A stretch of DNA of 64,000 nucleotides, from positions 34,054-98,053 of the forward strand of contig JAJDXV010000087.1 of the NCBI GenBank assembly GCA_022823085.1, given 5' to 3'. Shown one piece after another: positions 1-9,687 of the stretch; the first letter of the stretch is position 1, and every line of letters begins with the position of its first letter. The notes under the pieces were generated by a model. That model did not search any database and had not been told where the DNA came from. It saw only the letters and a list, made by a program, of their open reading frames with translations. The position numbers and the translations under genes are program-made. The stretch comes from Candidatus Poribacteria bacterium. GTDB taxonomy: Bacteria > Poribacteria > WGA-4E > WGA-3G.

Positions 1-663
1 TTGGTGATTCAAGTTCCAGCAGAAACCCGAGTGTCTGAACTCGAAGGTGGCTTGCAAATATGGATTGACGTAGGTACAGAACCGAGCCATCACGAAGGCG
101 AAGACACCTTCAAACTGGGCAAAGACAATGCATTGGCACAAGACTTTTTGGCTGGCACTGCCACAGCGCAAAACGACGGTTCGGCTATCGGCGGCCCCGC
201 AATAGGTGATGATGTCGTCATCGCTCTTCCCGGTAGCGTCGGAAGCGCGTTTATCGAATACGACTTCGATAGCCCTATAGCTGGCGACGCCTTTATTTAT
301 TGCCGCGTCGGTGATACCCGAGGCGGTGGACAGTCCTGGTTCGTTGTGCTCAACAGCGAGGACCATGAGGGTGAAGGATTGATTATTGATACACCCGGCA
401 ACTGGGCGTGGGCAACCGGTAGAGATAACACAACCAAGTCGCCAACGCAAGCAGTTGTAGGCGCAAACACCATCCGTATCGTCCCACGTGAAGCGGATAC
501 CAATAGAGAAACACTGATGGACATCATCCTGATTTCCTCAACGGACTTCACGCCAAACGACGATATGTTCAACAACGCTTCACCGTTAGCCGGTGACCCG
601 ACACCCGTCGAACCAGCAGATAAACTGACGACAACGTGGGGAGCCATCAAGCACAGTTTTTGA
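1..663 (+). CDS. secreted protein, 5'-truncated by the window edge; tandem paralog of 883-1557
   Basis: The frame is open from base 1 to TGA at 661-663. It shares the core GDA(F/Y)I..RV.D.RGGGQSWF.VLNS and the C-terminal tail PVEPADKL.TTW..IK with the next ORF. Confidence 0.6.
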   Translation: MVIQVPAETRVSELEGGLQIWIDVGTEPSHHEGEDTFKLGKDNALAQDFLAGTATAQNDGSAIGGPAIGDDVVIALPGSVGSAFIEYDFDSPIAGDAFIYCRVGDTRGGGQSWFVVLNSEDHEGEGLIIDTPGNWAWATGRDNTTKSPTQAVVGANTIRIVPREADTNRETLMDIILISSTDFTPNDDMFNNASPLAGDPTPVEPADKLTTTWGAIKHSF

Positions 664-882
664 TAAACCTTGTCATATTACGAGTTAACCAGACTTACCA
701 TTCTCAATTTCCTGTAGGTGCGCTTTAGAAGTGCTATGCAGCCAGATAGCAGGATCAAAAAACGCACCTACTGACAATAGCGTTTTGGCAAATCCGATGA
801 ATGTGTCACTGTTTGTCCGTACGGACAGGATTGAATAACTTGATGAATCCTGTCACTACGAATAGACATCAAGGAGGAAACC

Positions 883-1557
883 GTGAGACAAGCAAATCTA
901 TCAACCAAACTTTTTATCACTGGCATGAGTCTATTCTTGACGATACTGTTCATACGACCGGTTTCAGCTGTGAAGGAATGGCGTGAATCAAACCTCGAAG
1001 GCGGATGGCAAATCTGGATATCAGCCATAGATTTTGACAGCGTCACAGCACTTCGAACCGGTGAAGAAGAAAAGAAATTGGCAAACAAAGCGCAGGACCC
1101 GTGGTTGGCAAAAGATCTTCTGATCGCGCAAGCCGTCGGTGGGTTCGCAGACTACACATTTGAAAGCCCCGTCGCAGGAGACGCATACATCTGGGGACGC
1201 GTCGCAGATTTCCGAGGCGGTGGACAGTCCTGGTTTATCGTCTTGAACAGCCTCGAAATTGGTGATGCCGCCGATAGTCTCATCATCGACACCCAAGGCC
1301 CCGTATGGACATGGCGCGGTGGTAGAGATATACCGGAATCGAAATCCCCAACAGATTTAAAGAAAGGGAACAATACCGTCCGTATTCAACCGCGAGAAGC
1401 AGCTCCTGACCTCGAGGCTCTATTTGATGTCTTTATGATCTCAAGCGAACCCTTCAAACCAACGAACGAAGATTATGAGAAAGCAAGAGACGCACTACCT
1501 GTCGAACCAGCGGATAAACTCGCAACCACATGGGCCACTATCAAGCGCCGCCATTAA
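883..1557 (+). CDS. secreted protein (signal peptide, unknown beta-rich domain) ending in a KLATTWATIK tail
   Basis: GTG start lies 5 nt after the AAGGAGG RBS (872-878). The N-terminus MRQANLSTKLFITGMSLFLTILFIRPVSA looks like a signal peptide. It is a paralog of ORF 1-663. Confidence 0.65.
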   Translation: MRQANLSTKLFITGMSLFLTILFIRPVSAVKEWRESNLEGGWQIWISAIDFDSVTALRTGEEEKKLANKAQDPWLAKDLLIAQAVGGFADYTFESPVAGDAYIWGRVADFRGGGQSWFIVLNSLEIGDAADSLIIDTQGPVWTWRGGRDIPESKSPTDLKKGNNTVRIQPREAAPDLEALFDVFMISSEPFKPTNEDYEKARDALPVEPADKLATTWATIKRRH

Positions 1558-1641
1558 AAAACGAATGGAATAACAGCGTTGGGACACTTACAAAAACGGT
1601 GTCCACAACGCTCTACACTCAGCACACCGTTCAGACATTAC

Positions 1642-3006
1642 ATGCCGAATAACGCCCCCGAAAAAGAACCCTCTCTCCTGAAAAATATCCTCGTTGTTAC
1701 ACCGCTAAGTCTGATCGGACATGCCGGCACATCTCTCATATACGTCGTTCTCGCCAATTGGTTCGGCGACCCAGCAGAGATGGATTTTATCTATTACTAT
1801 TGGGGAATCGCTGGGTTCCTGATTCAGTTGCTCAGTTCTGCCTCCGCTTATTCCGTCCTCGTTCCGCTATTAGCCGAAGCCCGAATGAAAAGCGAAACCG
1901 AAGCACAACGCTGCGTCCAATCCATCTTTTCCCGTTATATAACCATAATGCCTTGGCTCTGCTGTCTCCTCGTTGCCATCTCTTACGTAATCTCTCAACG
2001 CTTCTTACCAAACACCGGACTCACACCGACCACCACCTTCGGCATCGTCTGTGGGTTCCTCGCGCTCGCGATTATCGCATCAGTTCGTTGGATACTCAAA
2101 GCGATATTAGACACGTATCAAGTATTTTACCTATCTATTATTGGGCAAGGACTTTCTGCTGTGTTTGTCATTGCGGTTATCTATCTATGTAAACCCTCCC
2201 TAACTTGGTTCAGTATACCGCTCGCGCTGATTTTCGGTGAACTTTTCCAAGTGATTGTTCTGTTCCCAAAATGCTGTGCTATTTTGAACCTACAAGTACG
2301 CCACCTGAAACTGGATTTACGGGCGACATCTTACACCGACCAATTCCGCCATCAATGCCTACTCATGATCGGGGCGGCGATTGCCGATGGACTGAACCCT
2401 GTCGTCGATAGAGGGATGGCAAGCACATTAGGCGCGGGTTCCGTCTCAAAACTGGATTACGCACTCCGCTTGTGCGCAATCCCTGAAAGGCTGACTGGTG
2501 GCGCACTCCCTGTTCTACTTTCGCATTGGGCGAAGATATCATCATCTGAGCAGCAACCTGAAAACAATCAAACAACCAACGGAACACAATTCCAACGAAG
2601 CGTCTGGCAAGGTGCAGTCATACTACTGGTATTGATGACACCCCTCCTGACAGGTTTCTATCTTTTCCGGGAAAACCTCGTCTCAATTTTGTATGGACAC
2701 GGGAAATTGTCCGAGGCAGGTCAGTTGCACATCGCTTCATTACTGGGGATCTATCTGATTGGCATGATGCCGCGTCTTATGAGTCGGTTGCTCATCCGCG
2801 CACATCTCGCACGTCAGGCACACAGGACCGTCGTAATCGCAACCCTCATCAGACTCGTCCTAAATCCGTTTCTCAACTGGTTATTCATGCAGTATTGGGG
2901 ATTAGAGGGGATCGCTTGGTCAACAGCGTTGCTGTCCTATCCGATTCTTGCCTACATCGCGATCGCGTTCTGGCGAGCGGAACAGAGGGGAAAAATTAAA
3001 CCGTAG
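1642..3006 (+). CDS. MOP-superfamily (MurJ/MviN-like) polytopic membrane flippase
   Basis: About 12-14 hydrophobic segments. The C-terminal region LIRAHLARQAHRTVVIATLIRLVLNPFLNWLF..GLEGIAWSTALLS resembles the MurJ/Wzx family. ATG at 1642 is preferred over the TTG at 1579. Confidence 0.5.
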   Translation: MPNNAPEKEPSLLKNILVVTPLSLIGHAGTSLIYVVLANWFGDPAEMDFIYYYWGIAGFLIQLLSSASAYSVLVPLLAEARMKSETEAQRCVQSIFSRYITIMPWLCCLLVAISYVISQRFLPNTGLTPTTTFGIVCGFLALAIIASVRWILKAILDTYQVFYLSIIGQGLSAVFVIAVIYLCKPSLTWFSIPLALIFGELFQVIVLFPKCCAILNLQVRHLKLDLRATSYTDQFRHQCLLMIGAAIADGLNPVVDRGMASTLGAGSVSKLDYALRLCAIPERLTGGALPVLLSHWAKISSSEQQPENNQTTNGTQFQRSVWQGAVILLVLMTPLLTGFYLFRENLVSILYGHGKLSEAGQLHIASLLGIYLIGMMPRLMSRLLIRAHLARQAHRTVVIATLIRLVLNPFLNWLFMQYWGLEGIAWSTALLSYPILAYIAIAFWRAEQRGKIKP

Positions 3007-3757
3007 CGAAGCGTTCCGGGTAATTAGACGTCATACCTTGCACACCAAACGCCTCCATTTCGCGCATCCGATCAAGGTCATCTACTGTCCAACACCACAG
3101 CGCAATACCGCGCCGACAGACTTCGTACGCAAATTCCGCTGTGATTAACCCGTGATAAACGTTCAGCAGATTGCACCCCAATTCTCCCAACTGTTGACAG
3201 AGGTGCACAGGCGAAGCACCGTTGTTATGATTCCCAACGAGCCATCCCGTCGGGATACGCGGTTCTAAGCCGCGAACATCTTGTAGAACAGAGGTATGGA
3301 ACGAGATAATAACCACCTGCTCAAGCGCATTCAGATCCCGCACTTCTCTTACAACCGCTTCACCGATAGTGGGATCCTTAATTTCGAGCACCGCGATCGC
3401 ATTTCCAGAGATGCATTCCAACGCCTCCGCAAGCGTCGGCACTAACTCAGGCGCACCCGCTTTAACCGTAGTGGCATCCGGCTGAACCGGTTCGTCTCCA
3501 AAGTCAGGATGAAACCAACCACCAGCATCCGCCATCTTGACCGCTGCAAGCGTCTTTTCCCGAACAGCCCCCGTGAGGTTCGTCGTTCTGTCCAAGGTTG
3601 CATCGTGTATCGCAACGATTTCGCCATCCTGCGTCCCGTGCAGATCAAGTTCAACAGCATCTACACCAATTGCAAGTGCCTTCCTAAACGCTGAAAGCGT
3701 ATTTTCTGGTGCACTCCCAGATGCGCCACGGTGCGCGATCCGAATCCAGGCCCCCAT
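2996..3757 (-). CDS. glycerophosphodiester phosphodiesterase (GDPD family)
   Basis: IAHRGASGSAPENTLSAFRKALAIGVDAVELDLHGTQDGEIVAIHDATLDRTTN is the canonical GDPD N-terminal signature. The internal Met (MGAWIRIAHRG) avoids overlap with the upstream gene. Confidence 0.8.
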   Translation of the reverse strand: MGAWIRIAHRGASGSAPENTLSAFRKALAIGVDAVELDLHGTQDGEIVAIHDATLDRTTNLTGAVREKTLAAVKMADAGGWFHPDFGDEPVQPDATTVKAGAPELVPTLAEALECISGNAIAVLEIKDPTIGEAVVREVRDLNALEQVVIISFHTSVLQDVRGLEPRIPTGWLVGNHNNGASPVHLCQQLGELGCNLLNVYHGLITAEFAYEVCRRGIALWCWTVDDLDRMREMEAFGVQGMTSNYPERFATV

Positions 3758-3779
3758 AATGTACCATCTCCTGTTGTGC

Positions 3780-5228
3780 TTACGCCTTTTCATCAGCAGC
3801 GGTGGTCTGCTTAATCTTCTTTAAGAGCGTGGTCCGACTCATACCGAGCAAGTCGGCAGTCTTACTGTGATTGCCCGAAAACGCATTTAAGACCAATTCA
3901 ATCAATACCTTATCCAACTGATTAACAACATCTTCGTAAATCCCTTGTTTCCCTTCGGAAACAGCCGCCTGAATCGTGTCCCGTAAAATCGACTTAAGGG
4001 TCGTCTCAAGTTGTGAGCCATCGGTAGCACTCACTGCGTGTCCGCTCCTGATCTCTGGCGGTAGATCGTCTGGCAGAATCACATCCGATCGAGACAACGT
4101 TGCTGCGCTACGGATACAATTTTCCAACTCTCGAACATTCCCGGGCCACGGATAGTCGCGCAGCAGCTGCATCGCTTCCTCGGAAATACCACGAATCGGC
4201 TTACCGAGCTCCTCTTGAATCAGTTGTAAGAAGTGCGTGACAAGTAGTGGAATATCTTCTTGACGTTCCCGTAACGGCGGAAGATGGATCGCAATGCGCT
4301 TGAAACGGTAATAGAGATCCTCACGGAACTGTCCACGTCTCACCATCTCGCCAAGTTCCTGATTCGTCGCAGCGATCAAGCGAACATCCACTTTAAGTCT
4401 ACGGGTTCCGCCTAACCGTTCAATCTCTTGCGTCTGCAAAGCACGGAGCAGTTTAACTTGGAGTGCCGGGGTCATGTTCCCAACTTCATCAAGGAAAAGT
4501 GTGCCGCCGTTCGCCAGTTCAAATCGTCCCGGTTTCCCTTCCGTTTTCGCGCCTGTGAACGCCCCCGCTTCATAGCCAAAGAGTTCACTCTCCAAAAGTT
4601 CATCAGGGAGCGCGCCACAATCAACCGGAATAAAGGGTTCCTCCTTGCGTTCACTCCCGACGTGAATAGCACGCGCAACGAGGTCCTTGCCGCTCCCCGT
4701 TTCACCCTCAATCAACACCGTCATCGCATTGCTCGCCATGATCCCGATGAGCTTGTAGATTTCGCGCATCTGGCTGCTCTTACCGACCAACCGGTGCCCG
4801 CTCTGCACCATCGATGCGTCCGCCGTCTCTACCGTCAACGAACTCCGAACAGATTGGGTTCGGAACGCACGCTCCAACACACTCTTGACAACATCCAGAT
4901 CAATCGGTTTCGGTACAAAATCAAACGCCTGCAAACGCATCGCCTCTATGGTCGTCTCTACATCGTCATAAGCGGTGATGATAACCACAATGATCCACGG
5001 ATGCCGCGCTTTAATCTCTTCTAACGCCTCTAAACCACTCATCCCCGGCAAGTTCACATCAAGCAAAACGACATCCGGCTTGTCAGCAGCGATACGGCGT
5101 AAACCTTCCTCAGCACTGTTCGCGACATCCGGCGCATACCCCTCGCTTTCAAGGAATTGCTCGAATGCCCAACAAATTTTCTCATCGTCGTCAATAACCA
5201 ACACATTTTTCATTTTTTTGTTTTTCAA
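3780..5228 (-). CDS. sigma54-dependent response regulator (NtrC family: REC + AAA+ + Fis-type HTH)
   Basis: REC domain (VLVIDDD, DVVLLDVNLPGMSG), Walker A GETGSGKD, the GAFTGA sigma54-contact motif, and a C-terminal HTH (NHSKTADLLGMSRTTLLKKI). Confidence 0.9.
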   Translation of the reverse strand: MKNKKMKNVLVIDDDEKICWAFEQFLESEGYAPDVANSAEEGLRRIAADKPDVVLLDVNLPGMSGLEALEEIKARHPWIIVVIITAYDDVETTIEAMRLQAFDFVPKPIDLDVVKSVLERAFRTQSVRSSLTVETADASMVQSGHRLVGKSSQMREIYKLIGIMASNAMTVLIEGETGSGKDLVARAIHVGSERKEEPFIPVDCGALPDELLESELFGYEAGAFTGAKTEGKPGRFELANGGTLFLDEVGNMTPALQVKLLRALQTQEIERLGGTRRLKVDVRLIAATNQELGEMVRRGQFREDLYYRFKRIAIHLPPLRERQEDIPLLVTHFLQLIQEELGKPIRGISEEAMQLLRDYPWPGNVRELENCIRSAATLSRSDVILPDDLPPEIRSGHAVSATDGSQLETTLKSILRDTIQAAVSEGKQGIYEDVVNQLDKVLIELVLNAFSGNHSKTADLLGMSRTTLLKKIKQTTAADEKA

Positions 5229-5393
5229 ACTATGGGGGCTCTGGGTGTCGCCCCATTACGTTTCACGATAGTTTTAGTTAAGTCTAACCGTCTCTGGGTG
5301 ATCACGAAATAAAAGTCTAAAAAACGACATCTCCGCAGTCACATCAGAATTAACCAGAAACCACTGCGGAATGTAATGGAGCAGTGACCAGAT

Positions 5394-6680
5394 TCAATTA
5401 TTAAAAGTACGTTTCCCGCCCTCTATTGACAACAGAAATTTCTCGCCATCATCACCTATTTCAGGCGAACTGCTCTCTTCCGTTTTCTCTTCTAACTTCC
5501 GCTTGAGCACCGGATAGGCATCCACAACCGGTACCTCCTCGAGATCCGTCAAGGTCGGTCTGCGTGCCTCTGCTCTCGTAATCGCTTCAGCGAGCCGTTC
5601 TTTTTTTTGTTCAGCCTGTGCGACGTCCCGCGCCTTGAAGTCCGGTAACACCTTCTCCGCAAACAGTTCCAACGATTCGAGTATGTCTTCATGGCGGTTC
5701 GCACCTGCCTGTTGAATGAAAACGACCTGATCCACGCCAGCCTGTTCCATCACCTCCAAGTGCTCACGCACCTGATCCGGCGTACCGATACCCGCTCTCC
5801 CTTCAGTCGGCTCCTGTGTCGTCTCTCTATACAGCTGCCAAATATCTGTCTGTCCCGGTATCTGTGAGCCGCCGTGATAATAGTGTGCCAACGCGAACCG
5901 GAAGAAACGGAAGCCGTCTAAGCCACGCGCGACGGCAGTCGCCTCATCATTGTGGCAGGAGAACCCCGACACCATGGCGATGTTCGGGTTAACCCGCTGC
6001 GTCAACGGTTCGCATTCCTTCTCAAAAGTCTCGTAATACTCTTCCACCCAAAACTTGGCTTCGCTTGCATCGACAAAGGCGAAAGTCAACGCTCCGAGTC
6101 CATATCTCGCCGCAAAACGGAGGCTATCACGACTCGAACACGCCACCCACGGCGGCGGATGCGGTGTCTGCAACGGTTTCGGTACAACATTCCGCGGCGG
6201 CATCGAAAAATGCTGACCGTCATACCCAGCATAAGGCGACTGTGTCATCATTTTCGCCGTCTCGCGTGTACATTCCGCCCACATCTCGCGTTTGTGCTTC
6301 GGATCAACGTTGAATCCACCGAGTTCTATATGCGAAGCAGACTCGCCCGTTCCCCACTCTACGCGCCCGTTCGATACGAGGTCAAGGGTCGCGATCCGTT
6401 CCGCAACACGTGCAGGATGGTTGTACGCTGGCGGCATCAACACAATCCCATGTCCGAGCCGAATCTGCGTCGTCCGTTGACTACACGCCGCAAGGAATAC
6501 CTCCGGCGCAGAAGAGTGCGAATACTCTTCAAGGAAATGGTGCTCAACCTCCCAGATATAATCGAAACCAAGTTCGTCAGCGAGCTCGACCTGCGCCAAC
6601 GCATCTTGAAAAAGTTGATGTTCCGCGCCTTCACGCCACGGACGCGGAATCTGATGCTCATAAAATAGTCCAAATTTCAT
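5394..6680 (-). CDS. LLM-class (luciferase-like) flavin-dependent oxidoreductase
   Basis: MKFGLFYEHQIPRPW...ELADELGFDYIWEVEHHFLEEYSHSSAPEVFLAA is a typical luciferase-like monooxygenase N-terminus. Confidence 0.8.
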   Translation of the reverse strand: MKFGLFYEHQIPRPWREGAEHQLFQDALAQVELADELGFDYIWEVEHHFLEEYSHSSAPEVFLAACSQRTTQIRLGHGIVLMPPAYNHPARVAERIATLDLVSNGRVEWGTGESASHIELGGFNVDPKHKREMWAECTRETAKMMTQSPYAGYDGQHFSMPPRNVVPKPLQTPHPPPWVACSSRDSLRFAARYGLGALTFAFVDASEAKFWVEEYYETFEKECEPLTQRVNPNIAMVSGFSCHNDEATAVARGLDGFRFFRFALAHYYHGGSQIPGQTDIWQLYRETTQEPTEGRAGIGTPDQVREHLEVMEQAGVDQVVFIQQAGANRHEDILESLELFAEKVLPDFKARDVAQAEQKKERLAEAITRAEARRPTLTDLEEVPVVDAYPVLKRKLEEKTEESSSPEIGDDGEKFLLSIEGGKRTFNN

Positions 6681-6747
6681 TTTTTAGTTTTACCTTGCGG
6701 TTAAATAACGCGGATTCAAAATTTAACGTCCCGTTCTCGAATCCGCT

Positions 6748-7521
6748 CTACATTTCGGTACCAAGCGTTTGCATCTCTGCCTCGGTCAACGCCCAATCAA
6801 AGACATCCAAATTCTCCCGCAAATGCGGCACCGAACCCGATTTCGGGATCGTGATGATGTCCTGTTGTATGAGCCAACGGAGAGCGACCTGCGCTGCGGT
6901 CTTCCCGTGATTCTCACCGATCCCACTTAATACGGCATCATTGGCAAGATCCCCAACAGCGAGCGGACGGTGTGCTGTCATCACGATACCGCGGTCATCG
7001 CAGTAGTCGCGCAGTTCTGACCGATTCCTGCGAACGTTATATTCCACCTGATTCGTGCAAATCGGAAGTGCCGATACCTCACACGCCTTCGCAACTTGCA
7101 CCTCGCTAAAATTGCTGATGCCGATACTTCTCACCTGACCGGCATCATGAAGCTTCTGGAAAGCAGAAAACGTCTCCGCGTAGGGGACATCGTCGTTCGG
7201 CCAGTGGATCAACAACAGATCCGCATAATCCATCTGCAAATCGCGCAAACACGTCTCAAATTGCGTAAGCACATCGTCATACTTCAGGTGCGTGTTCCAA
7301 ATCTTGGTCGTCAGAAAGATCTCCTCACGGTCAATACGGATGTCGCGAAGTGCCCTCCCAATCTCGCGCTGATTTTTGTACATCCATGCCGTATCAATAT
7401 GTGTATAACCCAACGCAATGGCTTCCTTGACAATACTTCGACACTGCCTGCCTTCTAACTTCCAAGTTCCCAAACCAAGGATCGGCATTTCGTGTCCTGA
7501 TGCAAGTTTAATATTTTTCAT
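6748..7521 (-). CDS. aldo/keto reductase (2,5-diketo-D-gluconate reductase-like)
   Basis: GLGTWKL, GYTHIDTAWMYKNQREIG and LLLIHWP are AKR signatures. Confidence 0.85.
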   Translation of the reverse strand: MKNIKLASGHEMPILGLGTWKLEGRQCRSIVKEAIALGYTHIDTAWMYKNQREIGRALRDIRIDREEIFLTTKIWNTHLKYDDVLTQFETCLRDLQMDYADLLLIHWPNDDVPYAETFSAFQKLHDAGQVRSIGISNFSEVQVAKACEVSALPICTNQVEYNVRRNRSELRDYCDDRGIVMTAHRPLAVGDLANDAVLSGIGENHGKTAAQVALRWLIQQDIITIPKSGSVPHLRENLDVFDWALTEAEMQTLGTEM

Positions 7522-7578
7522 AATATCACCATGATATGCGATTCCCCAAAAAAAGTCAAGTGCGAAGAAATTCGACCC

Positions 7579-7602
7579 TAGATAAATAGATAAATAGATA
7601 AA
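7579..7602. repeat. tandem 8-mer TAGATAAA x3 followed by a T12 run (7608-7619)
   Basis: Read directly from the sequence. It lies in the AT-rich non-coding stretch 7522-8137. Confidence 0.9.
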
Positions 7603-7637
7603 TTTGCTTTTTTTTTTTTAATATCGTATAATTTAAA

Positions 7638-7673
7638 GTGAGGCATAGCCTTAATGTGAGGCATAGCCTTAAT
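7638..7673. repeat. perfect tandem duplication of the 18-mer GTGAGGCATAGCCTTAAT
   Basis: 7638-7655 is identical to 7656-7673. Confidence 0.95.
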
Positions 7674-8137
7674 TATTTTTAACTTGAAAATTTTAAAAAT
7701 TGAGCTGATGAGTCGAACAATTGTGAGAAATGTCAGTATAATTAAAATTAACGTTGAGTGGCAACCCCTCCCGCTTTGGACCATCCGTAGATGTCCCCGT
7801 TCTTAAAGTCGAGTCGCCCCAAGAAATGAAAAATCCTGAATGTTTGCATGAATTATGAGGTAAAGGTATACCTTATGAAGAAGATATAAACTCAATAAAA
7901 CAGTTTCATGACCAGTTAAAACCATAGAAAATAAAGACCTGGAATTCGTCTGAATCATTACCGGAATTGAATTCCCAGAATCTTTGAAATATTTTGAACA
8001 GTTAAAAGAAGATTTGAATCTGAATAATTTCCATGAAGCCAATGCAAAAGTCAAATTTTGGAAAAGGTTATATCGCCTATCCACTTGGACTGAAAAGTAT
8101 TGTCAAGGATCTGAGCGAACTTGAGGAGGGTGTTCTC

Positions 8138-8437
8138 ATGACAGAGACGCTTGAAACATTAGCAAAAAGGGTAAATCAATTGGAAAAGGTGGTTGCAGAG
8201 ATGACACTGCAACTCTCTGTACTCGTTGATACATCAGAAACTGCGGAGCCAAAGAGGCGAAAAACAACGGATGAACAATATGAGGCACAAACCATTCAGA
8301 AAATGCGTGAACACCTCGGAATTGCCGATATAGAACTCATGCCACTTGAAGAACTTCGCAAGAGTATGGCACGCCATGGCATTCGTGCGGAAGATAACGA
8401 GTTTAGCCGCGCAATTATTGAAGAACGTGAGAAATAG
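8138..8437 (+). CDS. putative antitoxin (VapB-position partner of the PIN toxin)
   Basis: ATG at 8138 follows the GAGGAGG RBS (8123-8129). It encodes a small acidic, helical protein whose stop overlaps the downstream PIN gene start by 11 nt. No recognisable DNA-binding fold was seen by eye. Confidence 0.45.
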   Translation: MTETLETLAKRVNQLEKVVAEMTLQLSVLVDTSETAEPKRRKTTDEQYEAQTIQKMREHLGIADIELMPLEELRKSMARHGIRAEDNEFSRAIIEEREK

Positions 8438-8942
8438 GTGTGTATTATTTTATTTTGATGCCAGCGCGCTTGTCAAGCGATATACTGAAGAGATAGGCAG
8501 TGACAAAATTGATTTCCTGTTTCAGAACGTTCCATCGAATCGTCTGATGTGTTTAGCCATTGGTGTCGCGGAAGTCTTTTCGATTTGTGTAAGAAAAAGA
8601 AATGACGGTCGAATTACGAGACACCACTTTGAGCAGGCTGTCGGCTACTTGGACAATGAAGTTATCAATATCGAATCGAATTTTGAAACGATACCAGCAG
8701 AGAACGGACTGATCTGGAAATCAATAGGTTTGATGGATACCCACTCAATTAACAGTGTTGATGCGATTTTATTGTGTTCAGCATTGGATATTGCAGACGA
8801 CCTCCGAAAGAAAAAGAATGAACTTGTCCTCATCGCATCAGACCAACGTTTGCTCCGAGCTGCTCAGACTGAAGGGTTGTTATGTTTCAATCCCGAAACC
8901 AATTCACAAGAGATGTTGGTGAATTGGATCGCTACCCAGTAG
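8427..8942 (+). CDS. vapC: PIN-domain ribonuclease toxin (VapC-like)
   Basis: The four PIN acidic positions are present: FDASALVK, GVAEVFS, SVDAILLCSA, LIASDQRLLRAA. The in-frame GTG at 8427 overlaps the upstream stop, which is typical TA coupling. Confidence 0.7.
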   Translation: MRNRCVLFYFDASALVKRYTEEIGSDKIDFLFQNVPSNRLMCLAIGVAEVFSICVRKRNDGRITRHHFEQAVGYLDNEVINIESNFETIPAENGLIWKSIGLMDTHSINSVDAILLCSALDIADDLRKKKNELVLIASDQRLLRAAQTEGLLCFNPETNSQEMLVNWIATQ

Positions 8943-9075
8943 ACCAATCGAAAAACGAGTGGGGTCCGACAGTCCGAAATACCTTGCCGTGTAATCCGCA
9001 ATTCAGACAATAAATCGAGCTTACAAAAAACCCTCCTACCCTCAGTCCCAAAATCAAAAAGGGAGGTATAGCAGA

Positions 9076-9687
9076 ATGGCATTTAGCGATTTCAAAAAAG
9101 TCTCTGAAGTCCAAGAAAAATTTAGAATCAAATATACGGCAAACGACTTCTTCGAGGTTGAAGCAGCAAATCTTCCAGAGCAATTTCTTCAAGAATTTAG
9201 ATTTACCAAGCAAAATATCAACGTTTTTTCCTCTGAGGCATCACGTTGTGAAGCGATTATCTTCCCGATTTTAAGGGAGGTCTACAAGGCGTATGCTAAT
9301 AACTATGCCCTCTGGATAAGAGAACCGATCATCTACGATGAGACTTTGAACGGCACCCCCGATTACTTCATCGCTACAAAATCTGAATTGGGAATGACTG
9401 TTGTCGGCACGCCTTTGATAATGCTGGTTGAGGCGAAGAAAAACGACTTTGAGCAGGGTTGGGCTCAATGCCTTGCAGAGATGGTCGCAGCACAAAAAAT
9501 CAACGCCGATCCGGATGTCCCCGTATACGGTATTGTGAGCGATGGCACCTTTTGGCAATTTGGACGACTTGTTGCGGATGCTTTCACCCAAAACCATACG
9601 AACTTCAGCACAGATAATTTGCCAGTCCTTTTTGGGGCGATTAATGCCGTCTTCAAAGAGGTAAATACGGCACCAACTGCACCTTAA
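9076..9687 (+). CDS. stand-alone PD-(D/E)xK nuclease-fold protein (HsdR_N-like domain)
   Basis: GTPDYFIA ... LIMLVEAKKNDFEQGWAQCLAEM ... GIVSDGTFWQFGRL matches the D...E-x-K...Q pattern of type I restriction enzyme R N-terminal-like domains. A GGGAGG RBS lies upstream. Confidence 0.6.
   Translation: MAFSDFKKVSEVQEKFRIKYTANDFFEVEAANLPEQFLQEFRFTKQNINVFSSEASRCEAIIFPILREVYKAYANNYALWIREPIIYDETLNGTPDYFIATKSELGMTVVGTPLIMLVEAKKNDFEQGWAQCLAEMVAAQKINADPDVPVYGIVSDGTFWQFGRLVADAFTQNHTNFSTDNLPVLFGAINAVFKEVNTAPTAP

Noticed and set aside
7578-8084. Small ORFs (7578-7784, 7803-8084) in the AT-rich spacer.
   Set aside because: They are low-complexity Ile/Lys/Phe-rich translations of repeat DNA with no RBS. 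One merely reads through the tandem 18-mer.
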